From contig CBDBIB010000003.1 of NCBI GenBank assembly GCA_965205945.1, positions 320,001 through 384,000 on the forward strand: a stretch of 64,000 bases of DNA, given 5' to 3'. This document shows positions 38,806 through 48,485 of this stretch, piece after piece (the stretch's first letter is position 1; every line of letters begins with the position of its first letter). The notes beneath the pieces are model-generated. The model worked only from the letters and a program-made list of their open reading frames with translations, was not told where the DNA came from and ran no database searches. A program made the position numbers and the translations under genes. This DNA is from Bdellovibrionales bacterium (GTDB lineage Bacteria > Bdellovibrionota > Bdellovibrionia > Bdellovibrionales > UBA1609).

Positions 38806-39572
38806 TGAAAGCGGCAATTAAGATTATTAACTTAAAAAAAACATTTGATGGTGGCCATGATTTTGTTCTTAAAGGTATCAATTTATCAATACCAAAAGGA
38901 GCTATTACTATGATTATTGGTTTTAGTGGAACAGGAAAATCTGTTTTAATGAAGCATATGTTAGGTTTAATGGAGCCTACAGAGGGAAGTGTTCAAGTAC
39001 TTGGTAAAAGTCTTAACGAAATGACAAGAGCTCAAAAACTTAAGCTTCGTACTAATTTAGGTGTCATGTTTCAACACTCAGCACTTTTTGATGACATGAC
39101 GGCATTAGAAAATGTTATTTTCCCAATGTTTGAGCATAGAAAAGACCTTACAAGAAAGGAAATGACAAGGCTTGCCGGAATTAAGTTAGAACAGGTAGGG
39201 TTTGATAAGAAGCATTTTGATAAGTTGCCTTCACAGATGAGTGGAGGGATGAGAAAAAGAGTGGGGCTTGCAAGAGCGTTGTCTTTAGACCCTGAAATTT
39301 TGTTGTATGATGAGCCTACAACAGGGTTAGACCCTGTCTTAACACATATGGTAGATGGTTTAATATATGATACACACAATTTTAAAAATGGACATACCTC
39401 TGTTGTGATTTCTCACGATTTGCATGCAGCGTTTCGTATTGGAGATTACGTTGTTATGCTTCATGATGGAAAAGTTTTAAAGCAAGGTACGTCAGAAGAA
39501 TTTTTAAAATCATCGGACCCATTTATACAAAAATTTGTAAGCATGGGTGTAAGGAAACAAAAGAATGTTTGA
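38802..39572 (+). CDS. mlaF: MlaF ABC ATPase
   Basis: GFSGTGKS, FQHSALFD, SGGMRKRVGLARA, YDEPTTGLDP. Confidence 0.93.
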   Translation: MMKAAIKIINLKKTFDGGHDFVLKGINLSIPKGAITMIIGFSGTGKSVLMKHMLGLMEPTEGSVQVLGKSLNEMTRAQKLKLRTNLGVMFQHSALFDDMTALENVIFPMFEHRKDLTRKEMTRLAGIKLEQVGFDKKHFDKLPSQMSGGMRKRVGLARALSLDPEILLYDEPTTGLDPVLTHMVDGLIYDTHNFKNGHTSVVISHDLHAAFRIGDYVVMLHDGKVLKQGTSEEFLKSSDPFIQKFVSMGVRKQKNV

Positions 39573-40968
39573 AAAGCCTGGATTAAAAGTTGGAGCTTTA
39601 TTTATAGCAAGCTTTTTACTTGTTGGTTATATGTCAATGAAAGTTACTAAAGGAATGGGTCTGTTCACTGTTAGTGAACAGTATAACGTTACTGTTAATA
39701 ATGCCACAGGAATTATTCCAAATACAGCAGTTAAAATGGCAGGTGTTAAAATTGGTATTGTTAAAGATATTAAATTAAAAGACGGAAAAGCAATTCTAAC
39801 TTTAGCAATACGCTCAGGGCTAGGGTTGTCGTCATCTTCTTATGTTAAGTTAGAAATAGATGGAATTTTAGGAAGCAAGCATATTGCTATTTATAATGGA
39901 AAGTCTAAAGGTCTGCCTTTAAAGTCAGGGGATTTTTTAAATACGGTTGCAAGTGCAGATTCTATGAATGACGTTTTGTCAGAAGTAGGTAGAGTAGCAA
40001 TTTCTTTAAATGAAATTGCACAAGCTATTAAAGAAGCTACAATTACAGGAACTGCTCAAACTCCAGTGGGAAGAATTATTACAAATTTAGAAATTCTAAC
40101 AGCTAATTTAGTGGATGTTTCTTCTGTAAATGGAGGAAAGGTCAATTCAATTGTTGATAAAGTTGATGGGATCACAGAAACATTAGAGTCTATAATGGGT
40201 AGGGACTCAAAAGAACGTGTTAATGAGGCTTTTGATAAAGCCCTTAATAGCTTAGGAAAATTTGATGAATCTTTAAAAAATGTATTATCAATTACAGATA
40301 AGATAGATAGGGGAGAAGGGACTATTGGTCGTCTTATTAACGATGAAACAACCGTAGAGGGTATAAACAAAACTGTTGAGAATTTAAATACACTTCTTGG
40401 AGGTGTAAGAACAATAAGAACTAGTTTTGATTATCACTCCGAATTTTTAACAAAAAACAATGATGTCAGATATTTTTTAGGCTTAAAGCTTCAACCTGGA
40501 ACTGACCGTTATTATGAAATTGCAGCAATCCAAGATAAGTTTGGATTAAATAAGAAAAAAAGAATTATACGAGAAGGCTCTCAAAAAGATGATTATATCG
40601 AGGAAATCACTTACGATAATAAAGTGAAAATAACAGCTCTTTTAGCAAAAAACTTTTATAACTTTACTTTTAAAGGTGGACTTATTGAGGGTGAAGGTGG
40701 GTTTGGTGTAGACTATACTACATTTAATAAAAAATTAAGATTGTCGACTGAATTTTTTAACTTTAGTGGAAATGATAAGGGTGAAAAAGTTAATATAAGG
40801 TTTGTGGCAAGGTATGATTTTTATAGAGGCCTTTATTTAATTGGAGGCTACAATGATATATTAAATGGCGCTGTTGTTGGTAGACAGGTTTTAAGCAGTC
40901 CATTTGTTGGAGGAGGCTTGTTTTTAACAAATGATGATCTTGCAGCCTTGGCATCGTTTGCTTTGTAA
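39565..40968 (+). CDS. mlaD: long MlaD/MCE protein with helical region and beta-rich C-terminus
   Basis: TM, MCE domain (VKMAGVKIG.V, GILG.K.I), helical region (GEGTIGRLI), C-terminal beta strands. Confidence 0.9.
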   Translation: MFEKPGLKVGALFIASFLLVGYMSMKVTKGMGLFTVSEQYNVTVNNATGIIPNTAVKMAGVKIGIVKDIKLKDGKAILTLAIRSGLGLSSSSYVKLEIDGILGSKHIAIYNGKSKGLPLKSGDFLNTVASADSMNDVLSEVGRVAISLNEIAQAIKEATITGTAQTPVGRIITNLEILTANLVDVSSVNGGKVNSIVDKVDGITETLESIMGRDSKERVNEAFDKALNSLGKFDESLKNVLSITDKIDRGEGTIGRLINDETTVEGINKTVENLNTLLGGVRTIRTSFDYHSEFLTKNNDVRYFLGLKLQPGTDRYYEIAAIQDKFGLNKKKRIIREGSQKDDYIEEITYDNKVKITALLAKNFYNFTFKGGLIEGEGGFGVDYTTFNKKLRLSTEFFNFSGNDKGEKVNIRFVARYDFYRGLYLIGGYNDILNGAVVGRQVLSSPFVGGGLFLTNDDLAALASFAL

Positions 40969-41029
40969 AGATAATATATTAAAGAAAGTAGCCTATTTTT
41001 AACAGATTAAGGTAAGTTTTTAAAAAACT

Positions 41030-42541
41030 ATGAGGCAAACTATGAATCAAATTAAAACTGCGCTTGTGAGTGTTTCAGATAAATCGAACTTAAACATCTT
41101 GGCTGATTTTTTTAAGAAAAATAATATTAAAGTGGTTTCAACAAGCGCAACATTTAATGCGCTTAAAAAACTAGGCGTTAATACTGTACAAGTTTGTGAT
41201 CAAACAGGTTTTCCTGAGGTAATGGGGGGACGGGTAAAAACTCTTCACCCTAGAATACATATGGCATTACTTGCAAGAGCTGAGAGTAAACAGGATAGTC
41301 AAATTCTAAAAGAAAATAGTATACAACCGTTTGATTTATTAGTTGTAAATTTATACCCTTTTTCAAAAAAAAAAGAAGAAGGCGTTACAGGCAATGACCT
41401 TGTGGAGTTTATTGATGTTGGCGGACCATCAATGATTAGAGCTGGGGCTAAGAATTTTTTAAGAGTGGTTACGCTGACTTCTCCAAAAGACTATGGTCTT
41501 TTAGAGAAGGGAGAAACTCAAAGTTTAGAGACTCGTAAAAACTTGGCGGCAAAAGCTTTTAAGCATTTATCTGAATATGATGGAGAAGTGTTTTCGTGGC
41601 TTTTAAATGAAGATAAGCAACCAAAGAAATTAAGATATGGTGAAAATCCTCATCAAGAAGGAGTATGGTTATTTGATCAAGGCAAAGAAGGCTTGCATCA
41701 GGCAACAATTCTTCAAGGAAAAGAGTTATCTCTTAATAATTTGTTAGATCTAACTACTGCTGTGGAGAGCTTAGCATTATTTGAAAAACCAACGGTGGTA
41801 AGCGTGAAGCACAATAATCCGTGTGGAATTGGCTCAGGTCAAAATATAGAAGAGGCTTTACAAAAATCTCTTAATGCAGATCCAATGAGCGTTTTTGGAG
41901 GTATTGTTGCTATGAACAAAGAGCTTGATGCAAGTTGTGCAGAAAAACTTGTAGGGATATTTTTAGAGTGCATTATAGCTCCATTAATTTCTAAAGAGGC
42001 TAAAACTATTTTTGCTACAAAGAAAAATTTACGAGTTTTAGAGTGGCCCTTACTTAGTAAGGGGTATAGACCGGAGAAAGATCAAAAAAGAATTAGTGGT
42101 GGTATTGTTGAGCAAACAGTGGGCTGTGTGCACAGGGCTTTTTCTAAATGGGAGCAAGTAACTGGTCAGACTCCAGAAGCAAAAGTTATAAAAGCCTTAG
42201 AGTTCTCATGGAAAGTTGTAAGAAGGCTTAAAAGTAATGCAATATCTATTTGTGGAGAAGACTTAACATTGGGCCTAGGTATGGGGCAAGTGAATCGTAT
42301 TGATGCTGTAAAGTCTGCGATTCAAAGATGGAAGGTTTTTCATAAAACATATGAAGGTCCAGTAGTTTTAGCCAGTGATGCATTTTTTCCTTTTCCAGAC
42401 TCAATACAGTTGATCGCTAAAGCAGGTATTAAGTGGGTTGTTCAACCGGGAGGGTCCATTAAAGACAAGACCGTAATTCAAAAAGCAAAAGATTTAGGTT
42501 TAGGAATGTTTTTCACCGGAGAAAGGTACTTTCTTCATTAA
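41030..42541 (+). CDS. purH: bifunctional AICAR transformylase/IMP cyclohydrolase
   Basis: ALVSVSDK, GRVKTLHP, LRYGENPHQ, KHNNPCG, SDAFFPF, QPGGS. Confidence 0.97.
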   Translation: MRQTMNQIKTALVSVSDKSNLNILADFFKKNNIKVVSTSATFNALKKLGVNTVQVCDQTGFPEVMGGRVKTLHPRIHMALLARAESKQDSQILKENSIQPFDLLVVNLYPFSKKKEEGVTGNDLVEFIDVGGPSMIRAGAKNFLRVVTLTSPKDYGLLEKGETQSLETRKNLAAKAFKHLSEYDGEVFSWLLNEDKQPKKLRYGENPHQEGVWLFDQGKEGLHQATILQGKELSLNNLLDLTTAVESLALFEKPTVVSVKHNNPCGIGSGQNIEEALQKSLNADPMSVFGGIVAMNKELDASCAEKLVGIFLECIIAPLISKEAKTIFATKKNLRVLEWPLLSKGYRPEKDQKRISGGIVEQTVGCVHRAFSKWEQVTGQTPEAKVIKALEFSWKVVRRLKSNAISICGEDLTLGLGMGQVNRIDAVKSAIQRWKVFHKTYEGPVVLASDAFFPFPDSIQLIAKAGIKWVVQPGGSIKDKTVIQKAKDLGLGMFFTGERYFLH

Positions 42542-42625
42542 GAAAATAGTTAATTATTTTATAATTTAGTAAAGCGGTTAAAAAATATAAATAACGCTGG
42601 TCGAGCTGTTTGATTCAGGATAAAC

Positions 42626-43459
42626 TTGAGCGTTATGAGCAATCAAAAAGAAATTTGGATGGTGCGCATTGGGAATCATATTTGTGGTCCCTATAAAACA
42701 TCAACTGTTCAAAATCTTATTTTAGAGCAAAAAATTTCTGAAATTGATGAGATCGCTCTTCCTTGTAAAAGCTGGTGTTACGTTCGTGATAGAAGTGAAT
42801 TTTTAGAAACTTTTAAAAAATTGCAATTAAATTCTTCTAAAAGATTTGGGGCTACTTCATCTTCAGCATCATTAACAGAAACTGAGAATATTACAGATTC
42901 TACAAGAAATGATCAAACCAAAGAACTTAAGCCTTTAAAAACTCAAGACACAAAGACGGCTCCGTTATTAGAATTTAACGATTTAAAAGTAAAGTCTAAA
43001 GGTTTAAATATAGGCAAGGGGTTGGCGCAGTACTCTAAAAGGAGAAAAAAAATCAGTTTAGTTTTAATTCCAGGAGTGCTTTTTTTATTTTTAGGGGGGT
43101 ATTTTTTTGGATATAATAAATTAGCGTATAATCCTTTAGAGCTTTTTACAGGAGAAAGGCAAAGAGCTTTAGAAATAGCCTGGGCTTCTGGGGATTATGA
43201 AAAAGCTTTTAAGGCGATGCAGGCAAGTAAAAGTTTTTTAAAAAAATATAGAAATAAGTATGCTGCCCTTCTTTTAATGAGAGGAAATGAATTTAATTTA
43301 GCAGACAAGGCCCTTGATCTTGTTTCTAATAAGGTTTCCTCAGAATGGAAAAATTTAAAAGGACTTTCAGAGCAGTATAAAGGACGAAGAGATTTAGCTG
43401 AAGGCTATTTTTTAAGTGTTCTTAAAAAAAAACCAAAATTATACTCCAAGTTTAATTAA
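42626..43459 (+). CDS. GYF_2-domain membrane/TPR protein, 5' part of a frameshifted gene
   Basis: W...GPY....L......I...D......W (GYF_2-like), one TM, then the start of a TPR. Frame breaks at the A9 tract 43424-43432. Confidence 0.7.
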   Translation: MSVMSNQKEIWMVRIGNHICGPYKTSTVQNLILEQKISEIDEIALPCKSWCYVRDRSEFLETFKKLQLNSSKRFGATSSSASLTETENITDSTRNDQTKELKPLKTQDTKTAPLLEFNDLKVKSKGLNIGKGLAQYSKRRKKISLVLIPGVLFLFLGGYFFGYNKLAYNPLELFTGERQRALEIAWASGDYEKAFKAMQASKSFLKKYRNKYAALLLMRGNEFNLADKALDLVSNKVSSEWKNLKGLSEQYKGRRDLAEGYFLSVLKKKPKLYSKFN

Positions 43460-44321
43460 CTTAGGGCTTTTAAAAAGAGAAGAAGGGGACTGGTCTTTAG
43501 CTTTGTCATATTTTGAGGCTGCATTTTCAAGAATTAAAGGCATTGGTTTTGATAATGTTTCGTTTTATTTGTTAGAGGCTTGGATGAGGCAACTTCTTGC
43601 TGAGAGTGGAACTTTAAATTTAGATAAGGTCACAGCTTACTTAAACAATCAAATGGTCGGGCACTCTACTTACATACACGAGTTTAAGCTCATAGAACTC
43701 TGGATTAATATAGTTCAAGGGAGTTGGACAAGGAAAGAAGAGGTTCTTATAAAAGAAATTCTTAATTTAGATCCTCAGATTTTAGTAGAGCGTAAAGTTA
43801 GCCCATATGTATATAAACTTCCTCCTGGAGCAATTTCATATATATGTAGGGATTTAGATTTAAAGCTTAAGGAGACAAAGTATAAAAAATCAGTGGTAGC
43901 GCTTTGTTTAATTATAAATAAAGAGTATGGACAGGCTAAGGCTATACTTAAAAGAGATACTCAAAATGAGTATGCTATGACTTTGTACAGCTTTGCTGCA
44001 AAGTTAAGTAAGGATTTTTCAAGAGCAGATGAACAATTGGAAAAAGCTATGGGGGTTATTGGGGGAGAAAACTATACAAAGTTTTTCTTTCAAGCAAGGT
44101 TTTGTTACGAAAAAGGTGATATGAAGTGTGCTGCTGAGTATTGGATGAAAGGTTTAGAGAGAGATTCAAATGCTTATACAGCACATACAGGCTTGGCATT
44201 GTCGTATTTTCATGTTAAGGATTACGCAAGAGCTAAAGTTTTTATGCAAAGAGCTAAAAAACTTGTAAAGTCATACGGTCCTTTAATTAAGTTGCAATTA
44301 GTAATGAAAGACATTAAATAA
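43416..44321 (+). CDS. TPR protein, 3' part of a frameshifted gene
   Basis: Begins mid-TPR (NYTPSLINLG...ALSYFEAA), with further TPRs at the C-terminus. Confidence 0.7.
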   Translation: MFLKKNQNYTPSLINLGLLKREEGDWSLALSYFEAAFSRIKGIGFDNVSFYLLEAWMRQLLAESGTLNLDKVTAYLNNQMVGHSTYIHEFKLIELWINIVQGSWTRKEEVLIKEILNLDPQILVERKVSPYVYKLPPGAISYICRDLDLKLKETKYKKSVVALCLIINKEYGQAKAILKRDTQNEYAMTLYSFAAKLSKDFSRADEQLEKAMGVIGGENYTKFFFQARFCYEKGDMKCAAEYWMKGLERDSNAYTAHTGLALSYFHVKDYARAKVFMQRAKKLVKSYGPLIKLQLVMKDIK

Positions 44322-44331
44322 AGGATCTCTT

Positions 44332-44832
44332 ATGTTGTCATTTCTAAAAGCTTATAAAGAAAATGATCCAAGTACTAAATCCTATGCTGAGATATTTTTT
44401 TTATTGCCGGGGCCAAGAGTTCTTAGATATCACTGGGTAGCACATTGTTTTTATAAAATTAAATTGTTTTTTATAGCTAGACTTATTTCAGAAATAGGAC
44501 GGTTTTTAACAGGAATTGAAATTCATCCAGGAGCTAAGATTGGGAAAAATTTTGTCATTGACCATGGAATGGGGGTTGTAATAGGAGAGACTGCCATTAT
44601 TGGAGATGATTGTTTTATTTTTCATGGGGTTACTTTAGGTGGTGTTGAAAAACTAAAAGGTGTAAGAAGACACCCTGAGCTTAAAAATAAAGTTACTATT
44701 GGCACTGGAGCAAAAGTATTAGGGGCGGTAACTTTACAAGAGGGTGTTAAAGTAGGGGCAGGAGCCGTTGTTTTATCTGACTGTTCTAAGGGGAAAACAA
44801 TAATTGGTATGCCTGCAAAGGCTAAAAGTTAA
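44332..44832 (+). CDS. cysE: serine O-acetyltransferase
   Basis: TGIEIHPGAKIG, IDHGMGVVIGETA, GVTLGG, RHP. Confidence 0.93.
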   Translation: MLSFLKAYKENDPSTKSYAEIFFLLPGPRVLRYHWVAHCFYKIKLFFIARLISEIGRFLTGIEIHPGAKIGKNFVIDHGMGVVIGETAIIGDDCFIFHGVTLGGVEKLKGVRRHPELKNKVTIGTGAKVLGAVTLQEGVKVGAGAVVLSDCSKGKTIIGMPAKAKS

Positions 44833-44915
44833 TACTAATTTTGTTAAAAGGACTGTGTTAAATTTAAGTTTATGATTGTTTATTATCTGATTTATGGATT
44901 CAGAGTGATTTAAAA

Positions 44916-45653
44916 TTAGAGAATTTTTTTTTCAATAGCAGATAAGAATTTATCATATTCAAGAATATTTAAATAAGGCCAGTTGGGCTCAGGTTTAGAT
45001 CGAGCAGAGTGGGTGCTATTAATAAATATGGGAGTGTAATTGTTAAGTTCTGGGAAAAGGCAGTGTTTTAAAACAGAAGGCTCATTATCAAAAAAGAAGA
45101 TAGAGTGTTTAAAATAAATTTTAAAAATTCTTAATAAGGCTTTATTCTTATACTCACCGTCATTCATTTTTTTATGTGGTTTTGTGATAAGATTTTTTTC
45201 AGTGTCTAAAGGAAGCCCCCAGTGCCTTAGTTGTAAAAGAGTGGCTTTACGCATGCGGTGATCGTCTCGGCCAGTAAGGTATAAAATAAGGCTGTTTTTT
45301 GAGTAAAGGAGCTTAATTAGGGGGATTATACCTTTATAGGGCTTATCAGAAAAAAGGAAAGTTCCAGAAAAAAAATGATTTTTCCAAAAAGAATGGGCCT
45401 CTTTTTTAAGCGAATCATTGTTAGGAATCATATTTAAATAAGGGTTAAGGCCCCAGTCAGTATATTTAAGCTGATAACTTGAGGAGATTTTGAGCAAAAT
45501 CGGGTTTTTGGCTTTATGTATGCTGCAAAATAAATCAAAAATATCTTGATTTCGAGGGCTAACATTAAAAATTGTAGAGTCTATATCAAAAATAAGAACA
45601 GGCTTTTTTTGTCCATTAATTGCTTGGTCGAACCTTGAGATGAGTGACTCCAT
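44916..45653 (-). CDS. HAD-superfamily hydrolase/acid phosphatase
   Basis: FDIDST (DxD), YLTGR, K, FFDNEP. Confidence 0.82.
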   Translation of the reverse strand: MESLISRFDQAINGQKKPVLIFDIDSTIFNVSPRNQDIFDLFCSIHKAKNPILLKISSSYQLKYTDWGLNPYLNMIPNNDSLKKEAHSFWKNHFFSGTFLFSDKPYKGIIPLIKLLYSKNSLILYLTGRDDHRMRKATLLQLRHWGLPLDTEKNLITKPHKKMNDGEYKNKALLRIFKIYFKHSIFFFDNEPSVLKHCLFPELNNYTPIFINSTHSARSKPEPNWPYLNILEYDKFLSAIEKKIL

Positions 45654-45675
45654 AAGGTAAATCTATGGCCTTAGT

Positions 45676-46626
45676 ATGGACTCATTGCAAGTTTTATTTA
45701 TAAAAGATCTGAGGTTAAAGGTGGTATTTAAAAAGCTATGTTTTTTAGGGTTTATGATTTTTATGATTATGGGTTGTACGGTTAAGAGAACACCTCTTGG
45801 GACAAAAAAAAATCCTATAAAAGTATTTTTAATTCCATCTGTAGATGCTCAGATGTTAAAGGATAAAGCTAAAGATTTAAAAATCGCTTTAGAAAAAGCT
45901 ACAGGTTATTCAATAAAATTGTCAGTTCCATCAAGTTATATAGCTGTTGTTGAAGCGTTTGGAACAAAAAAAGCTGATGTTGCTGTAATGAATACTTTTG
46001 GGTATTTGCTTGCACAGAATAAATACAATGTTGAAGCCAAGCTTATGGTTACTAGGTTCGGGCAAAAAAGCTATAAATCACAAATTATAGTTCATGTAGA
46101 TTCAGATATTAAAAATCTTAAAGATTTAAATGGTAAGAAATTTGCTTTTGTGGATCCAGCATCTGCATCGGGTCATATACTTGCAAAAAGCTTGTTTAAG
46201 GAAAAAGGAATTAAACTTGGTCAGGAAATGTTTGCTCAAAAGCATGACTCTGTTGTAACAATGGTTTACCAAAAGCAAGTTGATGCAGGCGCAACGTTTT
46301 ACTCTCCTTTAAGGAATGGACAGATTCAAGATGCTAGACGCTTAGTAAAAACTCAGTTTCCAGACGTTGAAGAAAAAGTGAAAATCCTAGCTTTAACAGA
46401 TAAAATCCCCAATGATCCAATTATTTTTAGAAGAGAGATGGATTTAGAAATGAAGGAGAAACTTGTAAATGCCTTTATTGACTTTATAAGGTTGCCAAAA
46501 GGTAAGAAAACCTTTGAACAGTTGTATTTGGTTGATGGAATGGTGAAGATTGATGATTCTGCATATGATTCAGTTCGTAAGCTTTTAGTTGAACTTGGCT
46601 TAAATGTTAAAAAAATAATGAAGTAG
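45676..46626 (+). CDS. phnD: phosphate/phosphite/phosphonate ABC substrate-binding lipoprotein
   Basis: Lipobox IMGC, Y..V.EA, FVDPASASG, H, IPND. True start probably near 45721. Confidence 0.88.
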   Translation: MDSLQVLFIKDLRLKVVFKKLCFLGFMIFMIMGCTVKRTPLGTKKNPIKVFLIPSVDAQMLKDKAKDLKIALEKATGYSIKLSVPSSYIAVVEAFGTKKADVAVMNTFGYLLAQNKYNVEAKLMVTRFGQKSYKSQIIVHVDSDIKNLKDLNGKKFAFVDPASASGHILAKSLFKEKGIKLGQEMFAQKHDSVVTMVYQKQVDAGATFYSPLRNGQIQDARRLVKTQFPDVEEKVKILALTDKIPNDPIIFRREMDLEMKEKLVNAFIDFIRLPKGKKTFEQLYLVDGMVKIDDSAYDSVRKLLVELGLNVKKIMK

Positions 46627-46628
46627 AT

Positions 46629-47402
46629 ATGATTAATAAAAAAGAAGTAAAGTTAAATGTTAAAGATTTAAAAAAAACATACTCTAATGGTTTTACAGCG
46701 CTACATGGGGTTTCAATGAAAGTGTATGCAGGGGAGTTTCTTGCTATTATTGGTCTTAGCGGTTCTGGTAAATCAACTTTTCTACGTTGTATTAATCGCT
46801 TAATAGATCCTACCTCAGGAGAGATTTTTTTTAACAATAATGATATAGCAAAACAAAAGGGTAGAGGTGTTTATCAAACAAGAACTAAAATTGCTATGAT
46901 ATTTCAAAGTTTTAATTTAGTTGGTCGACATACAGCATTTTCTAATGTTTTAATGGGTAGTTTAGCTAGAACCTCTGTAATAAAAAGTATTTTAGGTTTT
47001 TTTTCAAAAGAAGATCAAGAAAAAGCCATTAAGTATTTAAAGCTTATGGGGCTTGGTACTAAAATTCATACTAGAATAGATCAGCTATCAGGAGGGCAAA
47101 AACAAAGAGTTGCTATTGCTAGAGCACTTATGCAAGAGCCAGAGATCTTACTAGCTGATGAACCTGTTGCAAGCCTAGATCCGGCTTTATGTCATACAGT
47201 GATGGACTATTTAAGAAAAATTAATAAAGAGCTTAGCATTACTGTTTTATGCAACCTTCATCATTTAGATCTGGTTAAAGAATACAGTGATAGAGTAGTG
47301 GCATTAAAAGATGGAAAGAAAGTTTTTGAGGGAAACCCTTTACAGGTTAATGACAGTTGGTTTAAGGAAATTTACGGTGAAGAAGCAAGGCATGTAAAGT
47401 AA
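46629..47402 (+). CDS. phnC: phosphonate ABC ATPase
   Basis: GLSGSGKST, FQSFNLV, LSGGQKQRV, ADEPVASLDP, NLH. Confidence 0.92.
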   Translation: MINKKEVKLNVKDLKKTYSNGFTALHGVSMKVYAGEFLAIIGLSGSGKSTFLRCINRLIDPTSGEIFFNNNDIAKQKGRGVYQTRTKIAMIFQSFNLVGRHTAFSNVLMGSLARTSVIKSILGFFSKEDQEKAIKYLKLMGLGTKIHTRIDQLSGGQKQRVAIARALMQEPEILLADEPVASLDPALCHTVMDYLRKINKELSITVLCNLHHLDLVKEYSDRVVALKDGKKVFEGNPLQVNDSWFKEIYGEEARHVK

Positions 47403-47414
47403 AGGGAATATGGA

Positions 47415-48443
47415 ATGACTTTTAATTTAAAAAAATCTATTTTTAATATATTCTTTAATGCCTATAGCTTATCGCTGATATACTTTTTGATTTTATTTTA
47501 TTCAGGGCATATGGTGACCGCAGAGACCTTAGAAACAGGTAATTATATTTTAAAAAATACTATAATTTTTTTTGTGCTTGGGTGGATTGTTGATTCTTTC
47601 ACAGGAAGGCTTCATCTAAGAACACTAGGCTCGCAGCTTTTTACAACATCTATTCAAAAAACTAATGAAGAAAAGTCAAATTTTTGGAAGATACAGCTAT
47701 ACTTTGTGCTCTTTTTAACAGTTGTAGCCTCAATTGTCATGACAAAAGCATCAATTATAGATTTAATTGATGAATCAGGGTTTTTAGGGGCTATAAGGTT
47801 ATTTCAAGGTATTTTTTCACCAAATTTTGAAATTTTACCCAAAGCCATTTTGGCAATTATAGAGACAATTTTTATTGCATTTTTAGCAACGTTTATTGCA
47901 ATACCATTTGCATTTTTCTTATCTTTTATCAGCGCAAAAAATATTATGACTCATCATACTGCATTTATTATGTATATAGCACTTAGAACATTCTTAAATG
48001 TCATTAGATCTGTTGAACCATTGATATGGGCAATTATTTTTTCAGTTTGGGTTGGTATAGGGCCTTTTGCAGGTATGCTAGCATTAATGCTTCACTCCAT
48101 AGCCTCGTTAACAAAACAATACTCTGAAATTGTAGAATGTGTTGAAGAAGGGCCTATTGAAGGTATTAAAGCAACAGGAGGGGGTATTGTTCAAACGATT
48201 GTGTTTGGTGTAGTTCCTCAAATTGTTTTACCTTATATATCATTTACAATTTATCGATGGGACATCAATGTAAGAATGGCAACTATTATTGGTCTTGTTG
48301 GAGGCGGTGGTATTGGAACAATGTTAATTCAATACCAAGGACAAGCGCTATGGCATGAAGTGGGTTGTATTGTTATAGTTATAGCTATTGTTGTATGGCT
48401 TTTAGATACGGGATCTGCTTACATTCGTGAGGCTATTAAGTAA
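47415..48443 (+). CDS. phnE: phosphonate ABC permease with N-terminal extension
   Basis: RSVEPLIWA, GIGPFAG, YRWDINVRMATIIGLVGGGGIG. Confidence 0.92.
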   Translation: MTFNLKKSIFNIFFNAYSLSLIYFLILFYSGHMVTAETLETGNYILKNTIIFFVLGWIVDSFTGRLHLRTLGSQLFTTSIQKTNEEKSNFWKIQLYFVLFLTVVASIVMTKASIIDLIDESGFLGAIRLFQGIFSPNFEILPKAILAIIETIFIAFLATFIAIPFAFFLSFISAKNIMTHHTAFIMYIALRTFLNVIRSVEPLIWAIIFSVWVGIGPFAGMLALMLHSIASLTKQYSEIVECVEEGPIEGIKATGGGIVQTIVFGVVPQIVLPYISFTIYRWDINVRMATIIGLVGGGGIGTMLIQYQGQALWHEVGCIVIVIAIVVWLLDTGSAYIREAIK

Positions 48444-48485
48444 AATATTTAAAAGTGCAATAAGCTTTAGATGATTTTTTTAAAA

